64,000 bases of DNA. It comes from Balanoglossus misakiensis. Taxonomy: Eukaryota; Animalia; Hemichordata. The number at the start of each line of letters is the position of its first letter. The stretch's first letter is position 1. The notes below the pieces were generated by a model. That model saw only the letters and a list, made by a program, of their open reading frames with translations, did not search any database and was not told the origin of the DNA. Positions 38,483-50,967 of this stretch are shown here, in pieces. The stretch is from positions 8,192,232-8,256,231 of the forward strand of contig CM082589.2 of the NCBI GenBank assembly GCA_040954595.2, given 5' to 3'. The translations under genes were made by a program, and so were the position numbers.

Positions 38483-41400
38483 TAATGTTCAATATTGTAT
38501 GTAACAACAAATGATTTCAGTTACACATGGAGGCCCGGCCAAGAATGGAAGAAACACGCCATTATATAACCCATAGGGATAAAAATGATAACATGATAGA
38601 CCGTCATAGACTCTAAATGTATGCTTTTCACATATAATCTTAGTTGATCCCTCCAAATTCTACTTATACTATCTTAAATCACATGTTTTTATTTTAAAAT
38701 CCCTTTCGCGTCTCCATTTAAAAAATACTTTCTCTTACACATTGAATACCATCTGGAATTAGCAATGACGTCAATTATGGCTCCTAATATCATGACATGA
38801 TACATGGTCAGATCCGTTGTTCACCCATCACTTCAATGATACGGCAAAATGGCAAGCTGTGCTGTCTAGCACAATTACTGGGACGAATTAAATGGATAAC
38901 AAATGGCTTCAGTGGCTGTACCTACTTTAATATTATACCAGGATGTGATTATTCTAATTTGAATGGCCATGAAAGAATATACCCCTATCACTGTGGCATT
39001 TTGCAGTGATTTCCTTTGCACACAATTCTAAACAGGGACATAGATTCTGAGAAGTCAAAGGCAGGCTGTGTATATCTAAACGCAGTGTAATATATACAGC
39101 TATTTGCTATGTACAAAAATTATGGGATAGGTAAACGCGTCAGACGGCAGATAAATGTGAGATAATCAGACATGGGCATTTCAATACAAAATCGTATTTG
39201 GAGCACTTATCTTCTGAAAAAAATAAAAACTGATTTATGATCAACTTAAGACGGGATATACATATGTATGCATGTTAAATCTATTTTGATCTGTCAGGTG
39301 AAAACTCGAAGCCTTAGATTCGATTCCGCTCTCTGAGGTTTATGACAGCATCCTGTACACAAGCACTGTATATTAACAATCCACATTTCCTGGATATTTT
39401 TCGCAACCGTTCTTTGCAACATTGCTATGTTCTTCGTGACACCACCTTTACAATAAGTTCATAGGTAAATTCAGATTCCATCGCCTGTGCGTTCGTGATG
39501 CAATTGTGGATTTCGTTTAACGTTGATATGTTGTGATATAATAAACAGGACCGAAAGGGTTCGATCACGTCATCATAATTTATTTAAAAATAAGACTTAG
39601 GTCATTTACCCGACGGACATTTCATTTTTTGTCAAACTCTGTGCCACAAAGTGTTTACCAAATCCGAAAAAAACGCAAACAAAAACAAAGCCATTTGGTG
39701 ACTTGGGGAAATGTCTCACTGGGAAATGCGTCATTTGTACATATATGCCCGAATATTTTGGATTCAACCATGCCTTATAATCAGATGTTACGATATAGTC
39801 ATGTCCGAAGACCTAGCAAGTATATTGCGCGGTACTGTGGTTATCAACAGCGATGCTGGAAGGGGAATCGATTCGCATTTGCACTATCAGCTTTGTTATC
39901 TGTTAATTTCAATATTCAGTTCAGTATTGCCATGACGACACGGTGTCAATGGCATCGTTACTTTACGGGGCCAATCGGTTGACTGCTCGGGTAGACCGGC
40001 GACTGTACTCTCGGTTGACCTGTATTACACGGCATGTATATTCAGTGAGGTGGGCACATGGAAATATCATTCGCCATAGTAGAACACAAAGGGAACAATT
40101 CAAATATCATGTCTAAATGTCTAATTTGGGGATTTTAAGAATTGTCTGTCAGTGTGACACAAAGTACCCGATAAGGTGAGGATATGAAGTGAGTTTTCAA
40201 AATGACACCATTTTGAGTACAAGAATGACCACAAACACGTTGACATCCTTAACTTGCATAATAAACCTCACAGAATTATATAAGGAACTTGGTAGTCCTT
40301 AAATTTGCTTTCAACCAGGTAATCGATATGAGAAAAACGAAAGCCAAACCATGTTGGGATTATATCATTTAAATGCAAGATATTAAGCATTCTGTAATGT
40401 AAAAGCATAAAATGTAGGATTATATACTTACGTAATTTCGATGAGTATTCCAAACATTGAAATCCAAGGTATTACACAGTGTTGTAGATTTCTCAGTAGT
40501 GCACACACGTTTTTTCTCTTCAAAATATGATTTTCAATCGCAGTGAATAGAAATTTTGCTAGAAATAGCTATCAGATGTAATACAGCCAGACAGCTCGCC
40601 ACTTGTCATTTACATTATGTGGATGTCGTAAACCCGGTTGAAAAAACACTGGGAAAGGTTGAAATCTGCAATTGGGCGATAGCGTCCTCAGCTGTCGCAT
40701 TTCTCACTATAGGCCATTAAATTAGCCAGCTCAGCTGAGTCCATATCCGTTCCGTCTACCAATATGGCTGCATTGACAAAACACACCTACACGAGTCGGC
40801 GCTCTCCTCCGGTAAATAGCATCACGGCCTTCCATGTTCATCCTTGCAATGCACTGAACGCATCATTAACCAAACACTTTCAGTCATGCGCCATTCAAAG
40901 ACCTTCACGTACATGCATTTTTTTTCTTCTTCAAATATTAAGATGAGAAGAATTCCTATCCAAAATGTCTAGTCTAGAAGACATCGCTGGATTTCTTCAT
41001 CAGATGTGATATATAGAATCGACATCCAGTCATAACAGTATCTAGACATGTCGCTTCAGAGCAGGAAAATCCTTAGCGACAGCATCAATGATCAGACATA
41101 CCTATCGGCTCGGCGATGATGATGATGGTTCTCCAGCTTCCGAATTACGCATCGGTCTTTTCTCCCAACCCAGCAACCGAAACTCCCAGCAGTGCCAGTC
41201 TATGTTTACAGCGATAAACTGAGTCCGGTGTTATTCAAAAGATACAGCAGCAGTCTACGGATCCAAGGACGACAAGCTGTAAATAAACGGATCGGTTTAG
41301 CGGCGTGGTCTGCTTCTTAAAATATGTAATAGATCACGCAGACTGTTTCCAGCGGTGAAATATGATGGCTTACAATGGAAATCGTCATAAACATTCAAGT

Positions 41401-44400
41401 CTCTCGTCGTATGATGCACAATAATGGCCGATTTGCACTTGCTATGTCAGGTTTTAATGATAATACCATTTGCGTTTGCGCAAAACCAGTGCCTTCGATG
41501 CACGTATCCAATCAACGGTTACCATAGCGACGGGTGCTACGTCCATGGAACTTGTCTTCGAAGCTAACAACACAACGATTGGTTTAGATTGGCAACTCAT
41601 ATGGGATCTCGGTTTTTTCGCAAACGTATTATAATGACCTTCACTACAGCAACGGTCGTTTTAGGAATTAATTTCCACTGTCATAATGTAAACACGATGT
41701 TAGTTAATGTCAGATAATCAGTAAATGAATTTCATGTTTGTATCAAACAGAAGAAAAGCAGATTAAAAACCATTAAAGAAGACAAAATCGCTGTAAAAGA
41801 AACTGTTTGCTCTCAACTTACGTTTTTCTGTTAATTGTCATTTGATATTTTATAATGAAGTGCTTTTCACTGTGAATATTTGCGCAACATACAACGCGTA
41901 TCTTATTCTCTATACACTCAATGAACTGTGCAACAAAAACGCTTTTAATTTCACGCTTATTGTATTCCGTCAGTAACATAATGAGATTATTATCATATTG
42001 AAATATTAGAAAACTGCTTGTATTTTATTGAATTCTGATCCAAAGTCGATATTTTTTCTGTTTATTCTAATATAATTTTACATTTAGTCGAATCTATCTG
42101 TGTTTTCGTTGCACCTCATTTACTTAACATTAAGATGATTTCTGCTTACAAGTGTAACGCATGCATTGACTGTTCCCGTGACGTCAGCGTTGAACTATCA
42201 GTGTGACACAGTTTCTGCGTACAGTGTACGTACTGTTACGAACCAACGCCTCGCAACACAAACACCCAGACAGCAACAACAATGATACACAGTACACCCA
42301 AATATATACGATTCACTGCGACTCTATTTTCAAAGGAAGAAAAGACAAGCGCTGAAACTTAAATGTTGCAAGGGTTCTTAACTTAAATATTGTAATGTCC
42401 TCAAGAAATTTGTAACAGGTCCGCGGTAATATTATACGTACAGGGTGAACGGGCGCGATACTTAAGTGTTCCATTAATTCTCTGCACCGACCCGACGATG
42501 GTTCACGCTAGCATGCTGCATGAATTCATTCTTGAAGTCCTTTCAGAAGAAATTAACTGGTTCACTCTACTTACAGTTGCTGGCGTAGACACGCATTTTA
42601 AGTCCGAGAGAGCAACGCTGAATTCAAACCAATAGGACATACCCGACGTGCCTGGGTGAGCTGAACTTCAACGTCGAGCTTTACACCCCGTCGCCCATGG
42701 CCGAGTGCCACTTCTCTGTTCGGCTCACGCCAATCAAAATCCTTCCGTAATATTCAAAATACCCAGGTGTACCTCTACTGCTAATGCTTTGTTAATGACG
42801 AACACCCTTATTGTACATCCACCACTGATATTTAAATTCTGTGCATTCGAAGTACCTTCGTAACAGTACATTACAGTGGAACAATTCAACATTTTATCAA
42901 CACCAACAAAAAAACATTGATAAATTCCAATCCTGTGTTTTGAAAACCAACATCACCAAGACCCGCAACTGCCGACAAAAAGACAAATTCCCGCTCGACG
43001 GCAACTACCTCCAAAATTCCGTCATCATTCAAATGCCAAACAGTTAACTTCTAACACCAAAATGCCAGGATGTAAAGGTCATACAGGGGTCATAGCGATG
43101 TTGGCGTCGTTCGGTCCCGCTCGCGCTCTCTGTGGACTTCCTCTCCATAGCGAGCAAGCGGGTTCGTGTGCACGTGTTCAGTACGTTCACGGGATAAGAC
43201 AACATAAATATTGTCTACTACAGGTTAGTCAAGTTTAATTATCGCAATTTAAGTCTTGAATCAGCGAATCACTCGCCTCCCTTGTAGTTGGTTACCCTAC
43301 ACATAAATCAGTACCGTTTTCACGTGTGGTTGCTGGCCGCCTAAACACAGGAAGCTTTTGTAAAACAGAAATTACAGGAAAATCCATGAAATAAGTTGCA
43401 TTCACCTGTAAACCGACCTGGCTACCTGTGAAATACCTGGTAAAATGCAGGCCGTACATCAGAGCGTATAAAATCAACATGCAATGTGTGTATATGTAGG
43501 ATATTGTATTTATAAGCTAGCCATAGTTAATGATTAACTACTTTTAACTAGCTAAAGTTAGCGTCAAACGTGCGTTATTTGCAATAGCACTGGGCCGCGC
43601 CGCGCCTTCCAGAGTACAAGCAGTGACGTCATATTATGCAGTGGCGTATGGAGCAGGGGACAGGGGGTCATGCACCCCCACACTTCCAAACCGTAGCGGC
43701 TAACTTTTTAAATACATTATATCAAGAGTCCATACAGAATTTACCTGGGCTGGTTGAGGCTGGAGCATATTGGTCAGGGTCATATATTAAGGCAGGGTGA
43801 CAAAATAGGTCAGCAAAATGGTTTCAAAGTTTATTGGACTACACATAACTCCAAATTGGTGAAAACAAATTGGTGGAAATATGATTCGGAATACGATTAC
43901 AACGCGAAATGTCTAACCATAGGACGACATTCACAACAAAACATATGAGTGATACACAGAGTCTATGCACATTGATTTTAACCTAGGAATAATTATTAGA
44001 CGTTTACACACACACAGGCGACACACACTGTGTACGTAATGCCTTTGTAGTATTGACGGGAGTTAGACAAAATAATCCCTTGGGTAATGACTTACATAGT
44101 TATACTCCCTGCCATATGTACATGCTGTGATCATAGAATAGTGCATGTGAATTTAAGGGGCGAGACAATTGATTTCTGGGGGGGGGGGTTGGGGGATCGA
44201 CCGGGGTACAGTAGCACAATTTCTGTGTTCAGCCACTGTTCCAGGAAGTTATCCGTGATTGCCAGCCTTACTTTTTTATTTTACTGAGGCTGCATTTACT
44301 ATCCCTAAAAATCTGAGCATACTGTAGAATTACCTAGACCATGTAGATGCATTGACGAAGAAGAACTTCAACTGAAATATAAAAATTCCCATCAACACAA

Positions 44401-44593
44401 ACTACTTTTTAAAAAATAACTCGAAGACATGAATCTACCTAGCATGAAAATGTTCAGTGAAAAGTTCCAGCTGTCGAAAGAAGCTTACTCTCTTATTCTA
44501 TGTTATCATCACTCCTGGCGTTTACCTTTGCCGCTTTTCTATTCATTGCAGACTCGCCGATGATTGTAATAACTTCAACAATGATAGGTCGCC

Positions 44594-45844
44594 ATGACAG
44601 CGTCATCGAACTCTGCACGTGTGGATTCAATTCATTCCAGGACTTCTCCAAAGAGAAGACGATGGGTGTTCCTGTTTATCTTTGTGATCCTGGCCCTGGC
44701 TCTTATAATCTATACTTTCATGTTCTATGAAATCGACTACAACTTTTCCACCGTGTACACTGAATGGCGTTATGGTAGTTCGGTTGCCAAGGTAAACGGG
44801 ACAAATTTAAATCCGGTGACACCGTTGAGGGCGCTCAACCATTCGAGCGGACTCGGTAAACCCAGTAGTCACCCTGACAACCGAAGTGTATCAGAGTACG
44901 CGCATTACAATAATGCAAGAATTACGTCCACAGGTGTTTTCAATGATTTTGAAAATGTAAGTGGAAGTAACCTTTCTACTGTGTCAACGAACACGACCAC
45001 TGCCAAAAGCTCAAATGAAACAACACATTCCGATTTCGTTGAAGTCGAATATTTTGCGCAAGGTGAAGCAAAATTTCATAAAGAAGAAATTGTACCGAAC
45101 ATTGCTCACTTCATATGGTTCAGCAACCACACTTTTCAGTTTTACCACCTTCTTAGTATACTCAGCGTTTACAAAGTCATGAAAGCTGACAGGATTCTTT
45201 TTCACACGGATTGTGAACCAGAAGGTCTCTACTGGGAGGAAATCAAGGCAAAAGTGCCGGTATTAGAGATTCATCAACGCGATCCGCCATTGAAAATCTT
45301 CAACCAGACTCTAAACCCAAGATGGCATCAGGCTGACGTTGCTAGTCTCCTCATCCTCATGGAAATCGGCGGGGTTTACTTCGATCCTGATATCTTCGTC
45401 GTTCAACCTTTGGATTATTTGAGACACTACGAGTGCGTTATGGGAAGAGAGGTTCCTGGTTTCGTCGCCAAGGGCATCATCTTTGCCAATAAAGACGCCG
45501 AGTTTTTGCGCCTGTACTACGACGGCTATCGAAGATACGACGCCGGCTGCTGGAACTGTAACTCGCTGAAGTATCCCAACTATTTGGCTAAAAAGCACCC
45601 CGGTCTCATTCATATTGAGGAAACGAGTCTGATATATCCACCGGGAAATCGTTGGCGGATGATGTTTTATGGGAAATTTCGTTGGTGGGTTGACAATTTT
45701 ACAGTGCACGTATGGATCAGAAATTTTGAAAGACGGGATAAAACAGTTGTAGTGTCGCCAGAAACTATCAAACACATGGATTCTGCTTTCGGACAGATGT
45801 GTAGATTCATTTATTACGACGAACCCCATCCCGTAGATTTTTAG
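44594..45844 (+). CDS. Type II membrane DXD glycosyltransferase (GT32 / alpha-1,4-glycosyltransferase-like), 416 aa, single coding exon
   Basis: Basic N-tail and TM (KRRRWVFLFIFVILALALIIYTFMFY), a stem rich in N-glycosylation sequons, IVPNIAHFIWF, GGVYFDPD. Splice acceptor near 44551. Confidence 0.85.
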   Translation: MTASSNSARVDSIHSRTSPKRRRWVFLFIFVILALALIIYTFMFYEIDYNFSTVYTEWRYGSSVAKVNGTNLNPVTPLRALNHSSGLGKPSSHPDNRSVSEYAHYNNARITSTGVFNDFENVSGSNLSTVSTNTTTAKSSNETTHSDFVEVEYFAQGEAKFHKEEIVPNIAHFIWFSNHTFQFYHLLSILSVYKVMKADRILFHTDCEPEGLYWEEIKAKVPVLEIHQRDPPLKIFNQTLNPRWHQADVASLLILMEIGGVYFDPDIFVVQPLDYLRHYECVMGREVPGFVAKGIIFANKDAEFLRLYYDGYRRYDAGCWNCNSLKYPNYLAKKHPGLIHIEETSLIYPPGNRWRMMFYGKFRWWVDNFTVHVWIRNFERRDKTVVVSPETIKHMDSAFGQMCRFIYYDEPHPVDF

Positions 45845-46850
45845 TTATTTGTAGAAGATCATTCACAGATTTAACATATTCTTCACCAATAAAATACTTC
45901 AAATATATTCCATATCCTTTAATATCCTACTATTAAGCCATATTACTTGCATTTGTATCAGTTTGTCATCTCTTGGCGACGCATACCACAATAGCTGCGT
46001 ACTGTTTGTATGGAAACTGATTAAATCGGTGTGGCACCTGTTAAATACCTGTTCAAAATGCCACATGCTGTCACAATCGGGTATCGATAAGCTGTTCATA
46101 TATACCTATCAGTAAGCTTATTTAGATGGACCAATAAATTGGAAAATAAAATCATGAAAATAATGGCAACAAAAAGAAATTTTGGTTATCTCTGTTACTG
46201 ACGACACTATACTCATGAGTTATGTGATATAAAATAGAAATGTTTAATTACATTATTTTACATACCGGAAATTGTTCGGCTAAAACGTGACTATTGTGAA
46301 AATCTAAAAGTCTAAGAACTCAACCACCGTGAAAGAACATGGTGAAATAAAGTGTCAAAAATGAACTTTTAGCAGTTTTAACAATTTAAGAAAAAAATTC
46401 CCGGGTTAATATGGTGAATATAATTTGTAAATTCTCGTCTGGATTCTTGAATGGATACATTTGCTATATTTTTGGGAATATTCCATTTCTAATGGGGGGT
46501 TCATTTCTGGCATGTAACTGTACAGGACACGTATACCAGATGAATATTTGACCATTCTCATGAATTTAGGCCGAATTTGTCACCTCCTTGATTACAACCA
46601 TAGCCAACCCACAAAACAAAACGTTACGTTCTATCATGAAAATACTAGTAGTTTAACTACGCAAAAATTATAAAATTGTACAAGTCGATAGAATCCACAG
46701 AAACATATCAAAAGGGTAAATTAAATTGGAATATTTGAGTAAGCTCATAGTTAACTTAGACAAAAAAACAAAGTACACGTCGTCATCGTTTTGTTGCGTC
46801 GTAATCATATTTGAGGTGTCAGCTGACATCACTCTTCGTCATCGTCGTCG

Positions 46851-46876
46851 TTGTTGTTGTTGTTGTTGTTGTTGTT
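46851..46876. repeat. (TTG)n microsatellite
   Basis: Directly visible. Confidence 0.9.
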
Positions 46877-46954
46877 CCAATTCCCAAGTTCAGTCCATGA
46901 CTTCTTATGATTCATGAGGGGATCTTTTGTTCCGTCGTCAAGTTGAACCAGTTC

Positions 46955-49900
46955 TTATTTGATTTCCTCCATTTCATCTCTGGCCAGTTTGGTGTGATTT
47001 GCGGCCCAAACAATATACAACAAACACAGGAAGGACCAAAGTGTGAGTCCGACATACGCAATAGTGGAGTAAACGAATAATTCCTGTGTGGTTGTTAACC
47101 CTTCATCTACCGGGGCCGTCGGTGCTACTGTGGTTTCGGCGAGTATGTTTGCGCTGTCTTCTTTGTAGTAGAGGTTTCGAATCATGGCGTCTTTGGCCAG
47201 GTCCATTATGTCTGGTAGGGAGGCACCGTCACTTTCCACATGACCTGCAACAAATTGATTTATTCATTGAATGATTCATATAGTTTTATAAAATGCATAT
47301 GTTTAACGTGCATTAAATTTCATCTGTGTTCGATATGGGACGAAAAGAAATACATCTTTTGCACGATAGTGCTAAGAATTGTTGAAACCTTCAGATGACA
47401 GACAGAAACAACTTGCCAATTGTTGTGACGTGATACAGAAGTAATCTAGGGACTGTCCAGAATTTACTTCCAGGGTGGGGCTGGAGGATTTCTTATTTTC
47501 CTGGTGATTTTTTTCCATGGACCCCCCTTGTAAATTGTGGAGGAAATCTGTGGCCCCCCCGTAAATTTCCTGTTTTTTTTCCATGACCCCCCCCCCCCCC
47601 CAATATATACATGCATGCTTACTGGTACAGACTACGACACATAAAGTCTGATAAGGCTGCATTTACAAACACCTCTGGAAGGGGGGGGGAGAATTATTTT
47701 TTTTTTACCGTTAATTTTCACATGCCCCCCGTACACAACCCGAAATATTTTCAATCCCCCCCCCCTTCCGAACAGCTTAAACTTTTGAAATCCCACCCCC
47801 CATTTTCTTTCACACAGCAATACACATCACCTATCTATCTTGTAAAAAAAGAAAAACAGCGCTCCCATGAAAAGAATTTGAAACTGATGTTTATCCTCAT
47901 CAGTGGATATTAAAACTGAACATTGTTTATATTTGTTAAGTATTTGTATTCTGTGTTGGCAGATATTGTAAACCGAGAAGTGAAGGGGGTGGGTTTGGGA
48001 GGGGGTGTCCCCCTCCCCTGTAAGAAAATTTTATAAAATACAGAGCTCAAAGCTGCATTTTAATGAACCCAAAAGCAAATTAACTTTTTATATACATATA
48101 TGAATGATTGATGAGAAAATTAACGAATTCTAGTCTGGACTTGAAAGTTGAATTGAACTCGTCAACAGTAACAACACTGACTGTTCACTGTACATTTATG
48201 GTCTGTGCTGGCAGGCCAAATACTGGGCATTTTATTATGCTTCACAGAGTAGAACAAGAAACTGTAGTAGATAACCCACTGTAAAAATTACCGGAAATTC
48301 AAGCTTTATGAAGATTTAATGCACTTGCGGAGTTCATCTGTCATCCAGGTAGCCATGCTGGTTTGTTTCTTATAAATCAGTACTTATGGGCAAATATTGA
48401 GTTTGTGAGGGTTTTTTACATGCCCCCCCCTAAAGGATTGTGATTTTTATGTCTGACCCCCCCTAATTTTTCTTGGGGAAAATGGGTGGCCCCCCCTGAA
48501 AATCCTCCAGCCCCCCCCCTGGAAGTAAATTCTGGACAGTCCCCTAGTGTTACCCAATGCCCCCTGCCTGAATTCCGCCTCTGAACAACAACGCCGCCAA
48601 CGATGGGAATTGGGCAGGGACAAAGCAATCTGGTCACCGACCTGCCCTTCCAGAGCTAAGTTCAAGTTCTTTCCCCACAAATTGGCCATACACTAGCGTC
48701 CTCAATCGATCGTTTGGTGTGTGACAATCAATAATATTGACAGCAGCGGAACAAGGCGAGCAAAGACCCGGCAAAGGCAAAGAGAGACCCTCTCCCTACA
48801 GCTGATAGTGAGCAAATGATTGAGTCTCACTGTGTAGTATTCCTGTGACTTTGAATACTGAACAAACGAGTCTCGCCATTCGCTGGACTACATATATATT
48901 TTAATAGAATCAAATGTTTCAAATGGGCCTCAGCTCAAAACCACCTTGATTTACGAGCTACTTAATAAAATCGAATTTCCACAGTTAATGTCCAGTCTGT
49001 AGATCGTCAGACGACATTGTGTTGCATGCTGTACAACTTTGTCAATCCATTCCTAAATGACATGTAGTTATCGTATGGAGATCGCTTTATCTCACTAGTA
49101 TAGAGGTTAGTTATTGACGTTATCTTCCTATTATCAGCATTTTCGTTGTTGAATGTCAGTAAACGCCCTGAGGCCATCGTCCTCCATGCCAAGTTTGGGG
49201 AAAAGACAACACGTAGTTGAATCGGAAATCAGAATCTGACGCTCATTAATTAATTTAACAACTAAATTGAATTTGTCAATGTACCAAATATATCACACTG
49301 GATTTTATGGTAATAAACTTCAATTATGATTCCTTTACTTGTTGAATGACAACACATGTGGGCACCGAAGTATCCCTCTTCATCTCTGAGGGTATCGGTA
49401 AAATTCAATTCAACAAAATAAACAAGGTTTACATTAGTATACATTCAATCTTTTCAATGCCTTTATATTATTTTCAACTCAAACGGATGTGGATGTTGCC
49501 CCAAGGTACGTCGTCTCTTGTGGTATCTTGTCAGTTTAATTAAGGCTTACAAAGGTCAGAGGTCACTGGGTGAGTACGTTAAAGGGCAGATTGTGACCAC
49601 ACTCTGTTAAAACACGAAGTCTAATGTAGACGCTCCCATTGCTGCAAATTATATATTTCTGCCATCACTAAACCTGGACGAATCACCACCAATGATATCT
49701 CAGGATGACTGATCTATTCAATTGCAACATATCCGCCAAATGTCAATTAGATCAACTTGATACACCCAAGTAGCATTTTAGGCTGCTAGACTCAATGGTT
49801 GAATTTATAACGCCTGATATTGTTGTATAAGGAGCGTTAAAAATTTCACAACAGTCCGAAATTTCTTAAATAAACCATCTACCGGCATAATATGTAAGAG

Positions 49901-50967
49901 ATAATATACATTTTTGCAACAAATATCAAAACTGTATAATCACTGTGAAAAATGTCTACAATTGCCTGCTGATAATTAATAGAGAACAGTGTATATTTTG
50001 ACAAGACTCCGCTATGATTTCTTAAACAGAATAGACTGCTATAAAACGTTATAGAGTGATATTTATTATAGAGCTTTGTACATGGTGGAACACCATACAG
50101 TACAGACCTCTGAACACTAAATAATTGAAATTAGAATAGAGGTTTTGCCCGCTTCTAGTCAACTGAGCAAAATTCCTATAGTAACACTCCAGGCCTGTCA
50201 GAAAGTAGTGACCAACTATATACAGAAATTCAGTATAAAGAGCTGTCTATTACCAGACAGTGTTTTCACTTATCCGCTGAGGAATAGAGACCATGACAAA
50301 TATGAGTTCAGAGAAGTGGACGGACGACCCAGAAATTTCTCCTATGACCCAGCAGCAACCACCAAAGCCCTGAATAAGTGTCACTTGTCTGCTGTTGTAA
50401 GTAAATTTCTTGCTGTTGTAAGTAAATTTCGAATTCTTGATGTAAAGGTGTCATGACTTTGATTTTGCATGGCACTGCAGCTATGAATGTCAACTTCTCA
50501 TTCTAATATTGTATTACATGTATATTTCTGTATGATCGTCTACATTTATGGGCTACAAAATACGGGCCATCGAACAAGAGTTCATCGATAATATTCTGTA
50601 TACAATAAGCCTATTGGGAACAATACGTGGAATTCTGAACTGGTGTTTTCACATTCTAAAATACTTTGATATTTGATATATGAAAATCTTCAGTACGTTT
50701 TGTTTTAGACAACGTACAAATCATCTTCAGTAATCTCGTGAAGACTACCACCAGTGAAGATGCGCCATTGAAACCCAAGCTTACATGTTGTGCGAATGGT
50801 GGGTGAACAGGCTAGTTCTTATATTAATGACGTACTAACACTATTTTTGTTACGTTTTCGCGCAAAATCTTTAGATTTCTGTCACAGAAATAATACTCAC
50901 CATTGGACGTGACAATGCACAGCACCGCAAAGGAAAGGGCACAGAGCAGAATTCTAGAGATCGTCAT
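46955..50967 (-). CDS. Uncharacterised small type-I membrane protein, 118 aa; exons 50967-50901 and 47244-46955
   Basis: Signal-peptide exon MTISRILLCALSFAVLCIVTSN-G|GTGAGT (phase 1) joins in frame to TTTGTTGCAG|GTCATGTG, giving an acidic Thr/Pro-rich ectodomain, TM LFVYSTIAYVGLTLWSFLCLLYIVWAA and a short tail. Confidence 0.7.
47449..48543. mobile_element. Non-autonomous TIR element, about 1.1 kb (PIF/Harbinger-like ends), containing a fragment of another repeat
   Basis: CTA|GGGACTGTCCAGAATTTACTTCCAGGG ... CCCTGGAAGTAAATTCTGGACAGTCCC|CTA: 27-bp perfect TIR, 3-bp TSD, many poly-C/G tracts. Confidence 0.8.
50389..50430. repeat. 21-bp tandem duplication
   Basis: TGCTGTTGTAAGTAAATTTC twice. Confidence 0.85.
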
